The notes beneath the pieces were generated by a model that was not told the DNA's origin, did not search any database, and worked only from the letters and a program-made list of their open reading frames with translations. Of a DNA stretch of 64,000 nt, positions 30,238 to 39,077 are shown one piece after another. The stretch lies in the IMG/VR virus record IMGVR_UViG_3300043443_000360, positions 1-64,000 of that record, one strand, 5' to 3'. A program made the translations under genes and the position numbers. The stretch is from a virus. Lineage: Duplodnaviria > Caudoviricetes. Each line of letters opens with the position of its first letter. The stretch's first letter is position 1.

Positions 30238-30464
30238 TGACATTAAAAACTCAAGCACTGCTTGAACATTTAGTTTTACAAGGGGCACTGGAGGTTTCTG
30301 GTTTTGATATAGATTCTGGAGAAACTCTTTATACTATTACGGATAAACTAAGAGAGGTTTCACCAGCAATGTATATGGATCTGGAACAAACTTTTAAACA
30401 GAACATGTATCAGATGATTGATCAGGGTCCTAGGATTATGCAATGGAGAATTAACCTTGAGTGA
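30237..30464 (+). CDS. Hypothetical protein, paralogue of the next gene
   Basis: GALEV...GE.LY..TDKL.E.SP shared with 30457 ORF. Confidence 0.65.
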   Translation: MTLKTQALLEHLVLQGALEVSGFDIDSGETLYTITDKLREVSPAMYMDLEQTFKQNMYQMIDQGPRIMQWRINLE

Positions 30465-30786
30465 AGATGATTTTATAGATGCTTTAATCCTTAATGGCGC
30501 ACTAGAGGTTGCTGCTATTGATATGGAAACTGGTGAAGCCCTTTATAGGTTTACAGATAAACTTAAAGAGATATCTCCAGAACTTTATGAAACTCAGCAG
30601 GCTATGTTTCACGAGGAATTAATGGGATTATGGGAAGATGGTTTTGTTGATCTTGATCCGATGGAGCAAAATCCAACAGTGACATTAACACCAAAGGCAT
30701 TTAGCGCAACACACGTAGATAAATTAGATAATGCTAAACGTTCTACCCTAAAAGAGGTAATTCGTATCATGCTGTCAAAGCCTTGA
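30457..30786 (+). CDS. Hypothetical protein
   Basis: TTG start after GGAG; paralogue of previous gene. Confidence 0.65.
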   Translation: MSEDDFIDALILNGALEVAAIDMETGEALYRFTDKLKEISPELYETQQAMFHEELMGLWEDGFVDLDPMEQNPTVTLTPKAFSATHVDKLDNAKRSTLKEVIRIMLSKP

Positions 30787-30798
30787 TATAATTAAACC

Positions 30799-31203
30799 AT
30801 GACTAAATATTTTTTAGGATCATTAATTACCTTATTGGCTATTTATATTTTTGCCAAGTTTTCTTACAAAGAGCAACAAATAATTCAACAAAGTAAGATA
30901 TATAGATATAGTCAAAGCCACATACATCATATTGTTAGTCCTTTTATCAATCAAAATGGTTTGGCAAAAAAAACAAAAAATACGCAAGCCAGAAAACATT
31001 TTGATAAAACTAATTTAAGAGTGATCATTGTTGAAAATGAGGCATACTGGATTAAAGATAATATTTTTTACACAGCACAGATGGGAAGCGATGGTATTGA
31101 CAAAGAAACAACTTCTGTAGTTGACACAATGAATATGGATAAGGTACAATTGGATAAGATGTTGTTCATAATAGATCAACTGAGGGATGGGAAAAAGGAA
31201 TGA
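30799..31203 (+). CDS. Membrane-anchored hypothetical protein
   Basis: N-terminal TM helix; leaderless after TGATATAAT. Confidence 0.65.
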   Translation: MTKYFLGSLITLLAIYIFAKFSYKEQQIIQQSKIYRYSQSHIHHIVSPFINQNGLAKKTKNTQARKHFDKTNLRVIIVENEAYWIKDNIFYTAQMGSDGIDKETTSVVDTMNMDKVQLDKMLFIIDQLRDGKKE

Positions 31204-31550
31204 TTGTAGGTGTTCAGGGAACTAGTAGGTTCACTGATTATAATGTATTTTTACGTGCTATGGCTGTTGCAATGTCTAGTATGTCAAATAATGATGAGTA
31301 CTTTTATATATATACCGCTGGACCAGTAAAAATTAATTCAATGGTTTCAGAGTTTGTGAACCTTTCTGAAAGAGGGATGAAGTCTCGTGGTAAAAAAATT
31401 AAGTCTTTTAAGGTTCCTCCAAGTTGGATTGAAGAGAATATTTCAGACATTAACTATTTTGCTTTTTTAAGTCAACCAGGAGAAACGGTTTCTCATTTGG
31501 TGCAAGTAGCAGAAAACAACAATACCGAAATTGGTATTTTTAGATACTAG
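31200..31550 (+). CDS. Hypothetical protein (SLOG/YspA-like N-terminus)
   Basis: IVGVQGTSRFTDY resembles the YspA G.R.F.DY motif. Confidence 0.5.
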   Translation: MIVGVQGTSRFTDYNVFLRAMAVAMSSMSNNDEYFYIYTAGPVKINSMVSEFVNLSERGMKSRGKKIKSFKVPPSWIEENISDINYFAFLSQPGETVSHLVQVAENNNTEIGIFRY

Positions 31551-31562
31551 AAATGGAATAAA

Positions 31563-31772
31563 ATGATCATTAAAGAACTAGAACAAATGGAAAAAATTGT
31601 TTCATCAAATAAAAATCTTTACTGGGATGGATGGACAGTCGTAAACCGTTTTCAATCAGACAAAGGCAGAACATCGAAAAATGGTGTTTTGGTAAACTCT
31701 AAGTGGCATTTGCAGCAACGCTTTGTGCCAGATAGAAATGGCTGGGATATACCACAAAAGTTTGTGAGTTAG
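31563..31772 (+). CDS. Hypothetical protein
   Basis: In-operon ORF. Confidence 0.6.
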   Translation: MIIKELEQMEKIVSSNKNLYWDGWTVVNRFQSDKGRTSKNGVLVNSKWHLQQRFVPDRNGWDIPQKFVS

Positions 31773-31775
31773 TAC

Positions 31776-32060
31776 ATGAAGAAGCATGAGTGGAAAGATA
31801 ATGCCCTGTGCTTAGACTATGACACAAACCTATTCTTTGATAAATATGAAGAAGATGAACTTCTAAGGCCAGCAATAGACAAACTTTGTTCAACATGTCC
31901 AATAAGCAAAAATTGTTTCGCTGTTGGAATTACTGGTAAAGAGTGGGGAGTATGGGGTGGTGTTTATCTTGAAGGTGGAGTTATCTCAAGAGAATTCAAC
32001 AAGCATAGAAAGAAAGAGGATTGGTGGAATACATGGAGCAGTCTAACTATGTCAGATTAA
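31776..32060 (+). CDS. whiB: WhiB-family Fe-S transcription factor
   Basis: W...ALC...FF...C..CP....C...WGVWGG. Confidence 0.92.
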   Translation: MKKHEWKDNALCLDYDTNLFFDKYEEDELLRPAIDKLCSTCPISKNCFAVGITGKEWGVWGGVYLEGGVISREFNKHRKKEDWWNTWSSLTMSD

Positions 32061-32073
32061 ATAGGAGTACAAA

Positions 32074-32316
32074 ATGTACACAGATGCAATGATGAGAGCA
32101 TTTAGGTCTGTAGCACATTTTTGCCCTAAAGGATTTACACTAGATGTAATTGATGAAACACATTTTATTACTTTACGTGCTCCAGAGGTTGAATTTATGA
32201 GACTCAACGGGGAGGACAAAGTTCGTGCAGTAGAGTATATGATTCGTGCTAAAAAGGCATTAGAAGATAACGGTGCTATTGTAATGCTTGTTCGTGAAGG
32301 AGGAAAAGATGTCTAA
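32074..32316 (+). CDS. Hypothetical protein
   Basis: SD AGGAG. Confidence 0.65.
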   Translation: MYTDAMMRAFRSVAHFCPKGFTLDVIDETHFITLRAPEVEFMRLNGEDKVRAVEYMIRAKKALEDNGAIVMLVREGGKDV

Positions 32317-32725
32317 TATTGCAGGCTTTGTATCCTTTACTCTTTTTGTCTGTGTTTTTGTTTTTGTTGGTATTGTTGCTATAAAAACTCGTAGCCAAAA
32401 CATTAAATTAAAATTACAAATTGTTGATCTGGTACAGACAAATGAAATATTAAAACAATCATTAAACTCAAAAGATAATTCTCAAGTAGAAAAAACAGAG
32501 GGTTTTCTTAATTTTATTACACAGTCTAGGGATTGGGCATTTCAATATATTGAAGAAGTTCAAATAGGACTTAATAAATTTATTAAAGATATTGAACCAG
32601 AAATTAAATACTTTAAAGAGTATGGTGATGTCATGGGTATGCAGCCAAATTATTATTCTATGAAAAAAATTGTAGAATGCTATGAAGAATTAAAGATGCT
32701 ATTACCAGAAGAGGAAAATCAATGA
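32309..32725 (+). CDS. Membrane-anchored coiled-coil protein
   Basis: N-terminal TM helix; SD GGAGG. Confidence 0.65.
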   Translation: MSNIAGFVSFTLFVCVFVFVGIVAIKTRSQNIKLKLQIVDLVQTNEILKQSLNSKDNSQVEKTEGFLNFITQSRDWAFQYIEEVQIGLNKFIKDIEPEIKYFKEYGDVMGMQPNYYSMKKIVECYEELKMLLPEEENQ

Positions 32726-32880
32726 AAGATATAATACTATCAACACTAACAGGTTTTGGATGCGGTATCGTGTTTGCTGCATTCAAATTGCCAGTACCAG
32801 CACCACCAGTTTTTGCGGGAGTCGCAGGAATTATTGGCCTATGGATTGGCTTTACAGTACTAACACGAACTATATCCTAG
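32722..32880 (+). CDS. XapX/DUF1427-like small membrane protein (not in ORF track)
   Basis: GCGIVFAAFKLPVPAPPVFAGVAGIIGLWIG. Confidence 0.8.
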   Translation: MKDIILSTLTGFGCGIVFAAFKLPVPAPPVFAGVAGIIGLWIGFTVLTRTIS

Positions 32881-32888
32881 GAGGAAAA

Positions 32889-33158
32889 ATGAACGAACAA
32901 ATCAAGGCACTACTAGCATCATATGGACGATCAGTTCTTGGTGCAGGGCTTGCGCTATATATGTCTGGGGTTACTGATCCTAAGACACTTGCATACTCAC
33001 TATTGGCTGCACTTGCTCCAGTAGCATTGAGAGCAGTTAATCCAAATGATACAGCATTTGGTCGTTTGCCAGATGTTGCAGAGGTTGATGCTGCAGTAAA
33101 GAAGGCAACAGTAAAGAAGGCACCTGCACGTAAGAAGGCAGCGCCAAAGAAGAAGTAA
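32889..33158 (+). CDS. Holin-like membrane protein with Lys/Ala-rich tail
   Basis: Two TM helices, NPND.AFG, KKAPARKKAAPKKK; SD AGGAGG. Confidence 0.6.
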   Translation: MNEQIKALLASYGRSVLGAGLALYMSGVTDPKTLAYSLLAALAPVALRAVNPNDTAFGRLPDVAEVDAAVKKATVKKAPARKKAAPKKK

Positions 33159-33161
33159 TAT

Positions 33162-33210
33162 AAAAAGAAATAGGCTAGGAGAATAAAACTCTTAGCCTAT
33201 TTTTTATTTT
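33162..33210. terminator. Bidirectional intrinsic terminator
   Basis: A-run, ATAGGCTAGGAG/CTCTTAGCCTAT stem, T-run between convergent genes. Confidence 0.85.
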
Positions 33211-33910
33211 AAAATAGTTCTTTAAAAATTGGCTTATAAGGAAAATCTAAGTCTTTTCTTCTTCTAGTTGTCTCAGCATCATCACCAAACTCTAAAAATG
33301 AAACTATAGTCCATCTAGGATTCCCAGCAGTAATTTCTGTAATGCGATGTTCATAAGAGTACCCAGATGGGAAAATGAATAGTTGCTTTGCCTTTGGTTT
33401 AATCGTTACACCAAAATGAATAAACTCTAATTCTCCACCTTCGTAATCATCATTTGGATAATAGACTAAAGAAACGGTTCTTGGTGTTGCAAAAGTATCA
33501 TCCGCATGAGCACCAAAAAACTCGCCATTAGAAAATCTAGAAATTCTTAAACTTTCTCTACTTCTTGGGTCTAAATTCCAGTGATAGATATATGAGTTTA
33601 CAACATCTCTAAAAGCATCGTTTGCTTCTGGATATGAGTATACCCAACACGTATCAGACTTTTTCCCATTGTCTTTTGTATACTCAACATCATCAAAAAA
33701 ATCTTCACGGACCCATTTTCTTGCCCCAGGAATATCTAGATTTGTTTCCCAAAACTCAGGGGTAAGTAGTTTTTCAAAAAATGAATCTGAGTCTGGCCAG
33801 ATATCATCATAAATATGAACTCCAGGAATTGGAGATGTAAATTTAAACTCATTACCTTTTTGATCTACCGTAACGCCTTTTTTGGCATTTTCTAGTCTTT
33901 GCTGATCCAT
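33209..33910 (-). CDS. Prolyl-4-hydroxylase-like 2OG-Fe(II) oxygenase
   Basis: HAD, NDDYEGGELEF, YEH...RW. Confidence 0.85.
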   Translation of the reverse strand: MDQQRLENAKKGVTVDQKGNEFKFTSPIPGVHIYDDIWPDSDSFFEKLLTPEFWETNLDIPGARKWVREDFFDDVEYTKDNGKKSDTCWVYSYPEANDAFRDVVNSYIYHWNLDPRSRESLRISRFSNGEFFGAHADDTFATPRTVSLVYYPNDDYEGGELEFIHFGVTIKPKAKQLFIFPSGYSYEHRITEITAGNPRWTIVSFLEFGDDAETTRRRKDLDFPYKPIFKELF

Positions 33911-33967
33911 GACACATCCTTTGCTCTCAATAATTATACCATAGGTGTTTTCTGGTATACTGGTTAA

Positions 33968-34675
33968 ATGCCTGGTTTTTTTATATCAACGCCACCTAGA
34001 TGTGGAACGCATCTACTTGTTGACTCAATTGCTTTTGCTACAAAATCTTATAGTGCAAGATTTACAAAGTATTCCGAAGACTTTTGGACACATCCAGTAA
34101 TCCAAGGAAGACAAAATCCTGTTATTGGTATACATGTTCATAACGAATACCCAGAACTATTTGATTTTGCAAAGAATCATAAAATAATTACAACAGAAAG
34201 GCATCCTCTTGGACAAGCCTTGTCTATTTTATTTATGTACAATCGTGGCTTCAGACCAGATTGGCCAGAAGCAGACTCCTTTGATACTAATAAATTAATT
34301 GGGATGGCTCCAAACTCTGAAAATTTTTTAGAATATTTAAACAGCAAGCAATTTTTAAGGTATCGTAAAATAACAAAAGAGTGGGGAAAGCATGGAGAAA
34401 CTTTTAGTTTTGATAAGATAGTTTTAGGAAATGCTAATGAACTATCAAGGCTAGAGGATTATGTGGGTGCCAAAGTTGTTTTAAAAGATATTGAAAAAAG
34501 TAGGAAAAAATATAATGACGGCATTGTATTTTTGGGTGATCCAGACTTATGGAAAACTATTTTTTGTCAAGATATAGCAAATCAGGCTGCTAAACTATTC
34601 CCAGACTATGACATGGAAACTTATAAGCCCTCTCCAAGTGATGGTAATTGGACATACGCTCAACTTATGCTATAA
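33968..34675 (+). CDS. Sulfotransferase-like protein
   Basis: STPPRCGTH, RHPLGQALS. Confidence 0.7.
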   Translation: MPGFFISTPPRCGTHLLVDSIAFATKSYSARFTKYSEDFWTHPVIQGRQNPVIGIHVHNEYPELFDFAKNHKIITTERHPLGQALSILFMYNRGFRPDWPEADSFDTNKLIGMAPNSENFLEYLNSKQFLRYRKITKEWGKHGETFSFDKIVLGNANELSRLEDYVGAKVVLKDIEKSRKKYNDGIVFLGDPDLWKTIFCQDIANQAAKLFPDYDMETYKPSPSDGNWTYAQLML

Positions 34676-34680
34676 TTATA

Positions 34681-34736
34681 TTGCCTGCCCATTAGGGGGG
34701 TAAATTAACTTATTCGCTTGAAAGGGGAATAAAATG
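34681..34736 (+). promoter_or_regulatory. ROSE-like RNA thermometer in the hsp20 5'UTR
   Basis: Two hairpins; the second, UUAUUC-G-CUU-GAAA-GGGGAAUAA, contains UCGCU paired to the SD. Confidence 0.6.
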
Positions 34737-35165
34737 GTAAGTACACTCGCTATGGATCTTTTTAATGATCCATTTTTTATTGGCTTCAACAAGGAGTTGA
34801 ACCGCCTAAATCGTGCATATAGAACAAACTCACAATCATATCCTCCATACAACATTGTGAAACTAGATGAAGATTCATATCTAGTTTCTATTGCTGTTGC
34901 TGGATTTGCTAAAGATGATTTAAAGGTTACTTTAGATGATCGTACCTTGCTTATTGAGGGTGAGTTAAAAGATCAAACTGATGGAAGAAAAAAGTATCCA
35001 GAAATAATTCATAATGGAATTGCTGGACGAAAGTTTTCAAGATCTTTTGCTCTTGGTGAATATATGGAAATTACAAGCGCTGATCTAAAGGATGGTATGT
35101 TAAAGATTCAAATTGATCGTATCATTCCTGAAGAAAAGAAACCAAAAACTATTGAAATTCAGTAG
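34734..35165 (+). CDS. Small heat-shock protein (Hsp20/IbpA-like)
   Basis: YPPYNI, AVAGF, GIA.RKFSRSF, DGML.I, PEEKKP..IEI. Confidence 0.95.
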   Translation: MVSTLAMDLFNDPFFIGFNKELNRLNRAYRTNSQSYPPYNIVKLDEDSYLVSIAVAGFAKDDLKVTLDDRTLLIEGELKDQTDGRKKYPEIIHNGIAGRKFSRSFALGEYMEITSADLKDGMLKIQIDRIIPEEKKPKTIEIQ

Positions 35166-35175
35166 TACAATATAA

Positions 35176-35293
35176 GTGTCGGGGGAGACAGCGACATAAA
35201 ATACCTGGTATGCCTCACGCAGGACCTTGGGATGGATTAGTTACCTATTCTATACGACCTGGGCCATAGTGCTTGAATCGCCTGCGTGGGGCT
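35176..35293 (+). ncRNA. Candidate structured ncRNA
   Basis: TACAAT upstream; GTGTCG/CGACAT hairpin; 12-bp stem GCCTCACGCAGG/CCTGCGTGGGGC closing internal hairpins. Confidence 0.5.
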
Positions 35294-35321
35294 CTTAATA
35301 TTTAGCGGTATAATGTTACTA

Positions 35322-35588
35322 ATGACTAACAAAGAGTTAGAGCACAGGAATAAGCAAGAGTATAAAAGAAAACTTGCTAAGATAAAAGAGGATTCTGGCT
35401 GTGTTGATTGTGGAATTAACAACCACATTGTTTTAGATTTTGACCACCTTAGAGATAAAAAATATAATGTATCTAGAATGATTCATGATGGTTTTTCTTG
35501 GAAAGCAATAGCAAAAGAAATAGAGAAGTGTGAAGTAGTATGTGCCAACTGTCATAGAATCAGAACACACAATAGGTTGACTGCCTAG
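35322..35588 (+). CDS. HNH-endonuclease-like protein
   Basis: CVDC...DFDH...CANCHRIRT; leaderless. Confidence 0.8.
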   Translation: MTNKELEHRNKQEYKRKLAKIKEDSGCVDCGINNHIVLDFDHLRDKKYNVSRMIHDGFSWKAIAKEIEKCEVVCANCHRIRTHNRLTA

Positions 35589-35866
35589 CCCCTTTACTGT
35601 ATAATTACTATATAACAAAGGAGAATTATGATACATTCACTGTTTTTAATACCTGCTTTTATAATGGGGTATATTGCATGCTATGTTGCCATGACATATA
35701 AAGTAGATCAAGACTGATGAGATCTGATTACTTTGACTATAAAGAGGTAAATGTTAAAACCTGTATGAAATGCCTAGATGATTCAAACGATTTGGATTTT
35801 TGGGACAAACACCAAGAACTACAAGATAACATTATTTGGTGCACAGTTAGAGATTGATCTTTTTAG

Positions 35867-35937
35867 TTCCCCTTCGTATAACGGCAATACGCCACCCTTT
35901 GGAGGTGGTCATCGTGGTTCGAATCCATGAGGGGAAG
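35867..35937 (+). tRNA. tRNA-Gln(TTG)
   Basis: TTCCCCT/AGGGGAA acceptor; CCACC-CTTTGGA-GGTGG; GTTCGAATC. Confidence 0.92.
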
Positions 35938-36068
35938 CGCTAATATACATATTTTCTTGGTTTGTTTATCTCTTTTACTGCTTTTCTGATCCTATACCAG
36001 GTAATAATTTTTTTTATCATTTATCCATTATATCATTCTAATCTTACAGGGGTGGTATAATAATAGGT

Positions 36069-37217
36069 ATGCCATATCGTGTAGGTGCTAAAGGAAGTTA
36101 CGGTTGTTCTGGATACCCCGCTGTAAAAGAGGGTGGAGAGATCATGGGATGCCACAAGACAAGAGCGGAAGCAGCAGCACAAATATATGCAATTAATCGT
36201 AGCGAAGGAAACATAGGAAAATCAATGTCAGACTTAAAAGAAGGCGACTTCGCTATGACAGCACATGGTTCAGATGGTGAAGTTCACATTGGGCAAGTTG
36301 TTCATGTTATGCGTGATGGAATGCTTGGTGTACCAGGAGGAGAGTACTCACTTGAAGCAACACAAGAAAATCCAGCGGTATTAATTCAGTTATTTGAACA
36401 AGAAGAAAATGGTTTATGGGAAGCAACTAATCTTTATACAGGATGTATGATGTCATTAATGGTTGCAATTGATCCATTGCCACAAGAGGCAACAAAAGAG
36501 GAGATGGCAATGGCAGCATATGATTCATACGTAGGTAAAGCAGAAAATCCAATTATGCCAACAGAAACATATCAGGGGTGTGACTGTGAAACATGCAAAG
36601 CATTAAATGTAAATTGTGAAAACTGTCCTGTTTGTCAGTCTGAGGGAATGAAGAGTGATTGTTGTCCAGATTTAAACAAGCAAGCCCCGTGTTGGGATGG
36701 ATATGTTCAGCGTGGAATGAAGCCAGGCAAGAATGGAAAGAAAGTTCCTAATTGTGTTCCAGCAGCAAAAGCAAATGATTTGTGGGAAGATGACGATACT
36801 GTTGAATACGAAACAGATTTAGTTATTAAGGCAGACGGGTATTCGCCACCAGCAGGAGCACGATCTGCTGCACGACGTGCAATTAAGTTTAAAGAACAGG
36901 GCAAGGCTAATGGTGCAGGAACATCTGTTGGGTGGACTCGTGCTGGTCAACTTGCAAGAGGTGAGTCACTATCATTAAGCACTGTTAAGAGAATGTATTC
37001 ATACTTCTCACGACACGAGGTAGACAAGAAGGGTAAGGACTGGGGCAATACAGCAAACCCTTCTAATGGATATATCATGTGGTTAGCATGGGGCGGTGAT
37101 GCAGGGTTCTCTTGGTCACGTAGAATTGTTGAAAGCGAAAAAAATAAAGCATTATTCGCTGATTTTGGAAAAGATTATACCAAGTCAACACAGCAAACAT
37201 ACAGAACGGGACAATAA
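36069..37217 (+). CDS. Multidomain, probably virion-associated protein
   Basis: GCH.T..EA..Q module, Cys-rich linker, CWDGY...VPNCVP module, C-terminal RMYSYFSRH...WGGDAG..W domain. Confidence 0.6.
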   Translation: MPYRVGAKGSYGCSGYPAVKEGGEIMGCHKTRAEAAAQIYAINRSEGNIGKSMSDLKEGDFAMTAHGSDGEVHIGQVVHVMRDGMLGVPGGEYSLEATQENPAVLIQLFEQEENGLWEATNLYTGCMMSLMVAIDPLPQEATKEEMAMAAYDSYVGKAENPIMPTETYQGCDCETCKALNVNCENCPVCQSEGMKSDCCPDLNKQAPCWDGYVQRGMKPGKNGKKVPNCVPAAKANDLWEDDDTVEYETDLVIKADGYSPPAGARSAARRAIKFKEQGKANGAGTSVGWTRAGQLARGESLSLSTVKRMYSYFSRHEVDKKGKDWGNTANPSNGYIMWLAWGGDAGFSWSRRIVESEKNKALFADFGKDYTKSTQQTYRTGQ

Positions 37218-37366
37218 TGCCAAAGAAAAAAGCACAATCATTTAATGATACACAGATCAAAGGTGGGTGGATTGTTAAGATACGCAAAGATGGCACAATA
37301 AAGGCTAAAATAGAGCCTTATTTTGTAAATCATAAAGCACAACTAAAACCAAAAGCAGAAAGATAG
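37217..37366 (+). CDS. Small basic protein (not in ORF track)
   Basis: 49 aa, TAATG coupling. Confidence 0.5.
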   Translation: MPKKKAQSFNDTQIKGGWIVKIRKDGTIKAKIEPYFVNHKAQLKPKAER

Positions 37367-37377
37367 TACTATCTGCA

Positions 37378-38313
37378 ATGTTTGAACTTCATTCACATAC
37401 TTTTTATAATATTAATCCAAATACCTTTAATACTATGTGGATTCAAAACCCAGATAATAGCGCCAACTTTATATACAATATTATAAAAAATGACGATGCA
37501 AAAAATAAAAAATACACCTATAAAAATATTAACGGGTACCACATTCTAAACCACATTCCTCCAGAAAGGATTAAGGATGGTAATGAGGATTGGGAAGTAG
37601 AATATTCCTTTAATAATGATTTGTTTAGGTCAGATCATTTTCAGAGTAACCATGATGGATTACATGTTTTGTTTGGTGGATGCTCTAATACGGAAGGCGT
37701 TGGTTCCAATATACATGACAATTGGTCTCACATGCTTTATAGAGAAATATCTAAATACAAAAAAGTTAGTGGCTATTTTAGTATAGCAAAAGGTGGTTAT
37801 GGTTGGCATCAAATATTTTTAAATTTTAAAGTATATGTAGAAAAGTATGGTGCACCAGATTATTATCTAGTTTTGCATCCAGATATAATGCGTTTTTATG
37901 AATGGAAAGATGAAAAAAAGCATTGGGGATATTCCTGGCAATATAATCAAAAGAATATAGGAAAAGATTTTTCAAGAGAAGAATATGAAACAAAGCACAG
38001 GGAAGTGTTTCCAAATTGGGTCGCTGCCATGTCTATTTTTATTGCATACTGTGAGTCAGTTGGCACTAAGTTTATATGGACTACTTGGGATAAAGAAGAG
38101 ATGGAAAATATAAAAAATAGTAACTTTTTTAACTCTACATACTTTACTCCATACGTACATGACTCAAATACAGTTAAAAGATTAAGACCAGATGGAAAAT
38201 TTGAAAAAGATGACATTAACTTTAGAGATGGCCACCCTGGAAAAATTCAACAACAACTTTGGTTTGAATCATTTAGGGATGAACTAATTAAAAGAAAAGA
38301 AATCTTTCAATGA
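37378..38313 (+). CDS. SGNH/GDSL-like protein
   Basis: GCSNTEG block I and DGHP block V. Confidence 0.6.
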   Translation: MFELHSHTFYNINPNTFNTMWIQNPDNSANFIYNIIKNDDAKNKKYTYKNINGYHILNHIPPERIKDGNEDWEVEYSFNNDLFRSDHFQSNHDGLHVLFGGCSNTEGVGSNIHDNWSHMLYREISKYKKVSGYFSIAKGGYGWHQIFLNFKVYVEKYGAPDYYLVLHPDIMRFYEWKDEKKHWGYSWQYNQKNIGKDFSREEYETKHREVFPNWVAAMSIFIAYCESVGTKFIWTTWDKEEMENIKNSNFFNSTYFTPYVHDSNTVKRLRPDGKFEKDDINFRDGHPGKIQQQLWFESFRDELIKRKEIFQ

Positions 38314-39077
38314 AAAAGGGTAAACTTTATTTAGTGGGACTTCCAGTGGGTAATTGGGAGGATATGTCAGTTAGAGCATATAGATATATCAAAAATGCTA
38401 AAAATATTGTAATTGAAAGAGAAGAAGCATTTGAGAACATATGGCCAGCACTTGGAATGAAAAGGCCAGATGTAAATATAATTTCTATAGAGATGGACTC
38501 TAATGGTGGTGAACCAGGAAGATCATACGAACTCGAAAACATGGATAAAATTTTAGCATTGCTCGAATCTGGAGAAGATGTTTATATTATTTCAGATGAT
38601 GGTATGCCAGGAATTGCAGATCCAGGTGAATTGATTACAAAAAAGGCTATAGAAAATGGTTTTGAGATCACAGCCACACCTGGACCATCTGTTGCAATTG
38701 CTGCAGTAGCAGTAGCAGGTTGTATGCACAACTTCTCTTTCGAGTCCTTTTTACCTTTTACAAAAGAAGAAAGAATTAAGTATTTAATGGAAAGAAGACA
38801 TGTTCATGCGCCAATGGTTTTTGTTCTAAGAAATTTACAAAGAAGTCAGGATGGTTTGCCGTCTTATCATTTAGAAATACCAGAGTTTTTATCAGAAGCA
38901 GTAGAGGTTTTGGGAGGTAACAGGAAAGCAGTACTTTGCTATAACCTAACAAAGCCAAATGAAAAAGTAATACGTGGAACCATGTTGGAACTACAAAAAT
39001 ATTTTAACGAGACACCACGAGAGCCAGATTTAATTACTATTGTTATAGATACTGTTAATGGTTCATTTAGCGTATAA
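38310..39077 (+). CDS. rsmI: RsmI-like tetrapyrrole-methylase-family methyltransferase
   Basis: GKLYLVGLPVGNWEDMS.RA; ISDDGMPGIADPG; PGPS; LTK.NE...RG. Confidence 0.8.
   Translation: MKKGKLYLVGLPVGNWEDMSVRAYRYIKNAKNIVIEREEAFENIWPALGMKRPDVNIISIEMDSNGGEPGRSYELENMDKILALLESGEDVYIISDDGMPGIADPGELITKKAIENGFEITATPGPSVAIAAVAVAGCMHNFSFESFLPFTKEERIKYLMERRHVHAPMVFVLRNLQRSQDGLPSYHLEIPEFLSEAVEVLGGNRKAVLCYNLTKPNEKVIRGTMLELQKYFNETPREPDLITIVIDTVNGSFSV

Noticed and set aside
32760-32888. N-terminal extension of the 32760 ORF in the track
   Set aside because: The region is better explained by the XapX-like gene (32722-32880) in another frame; the true start is 32889.
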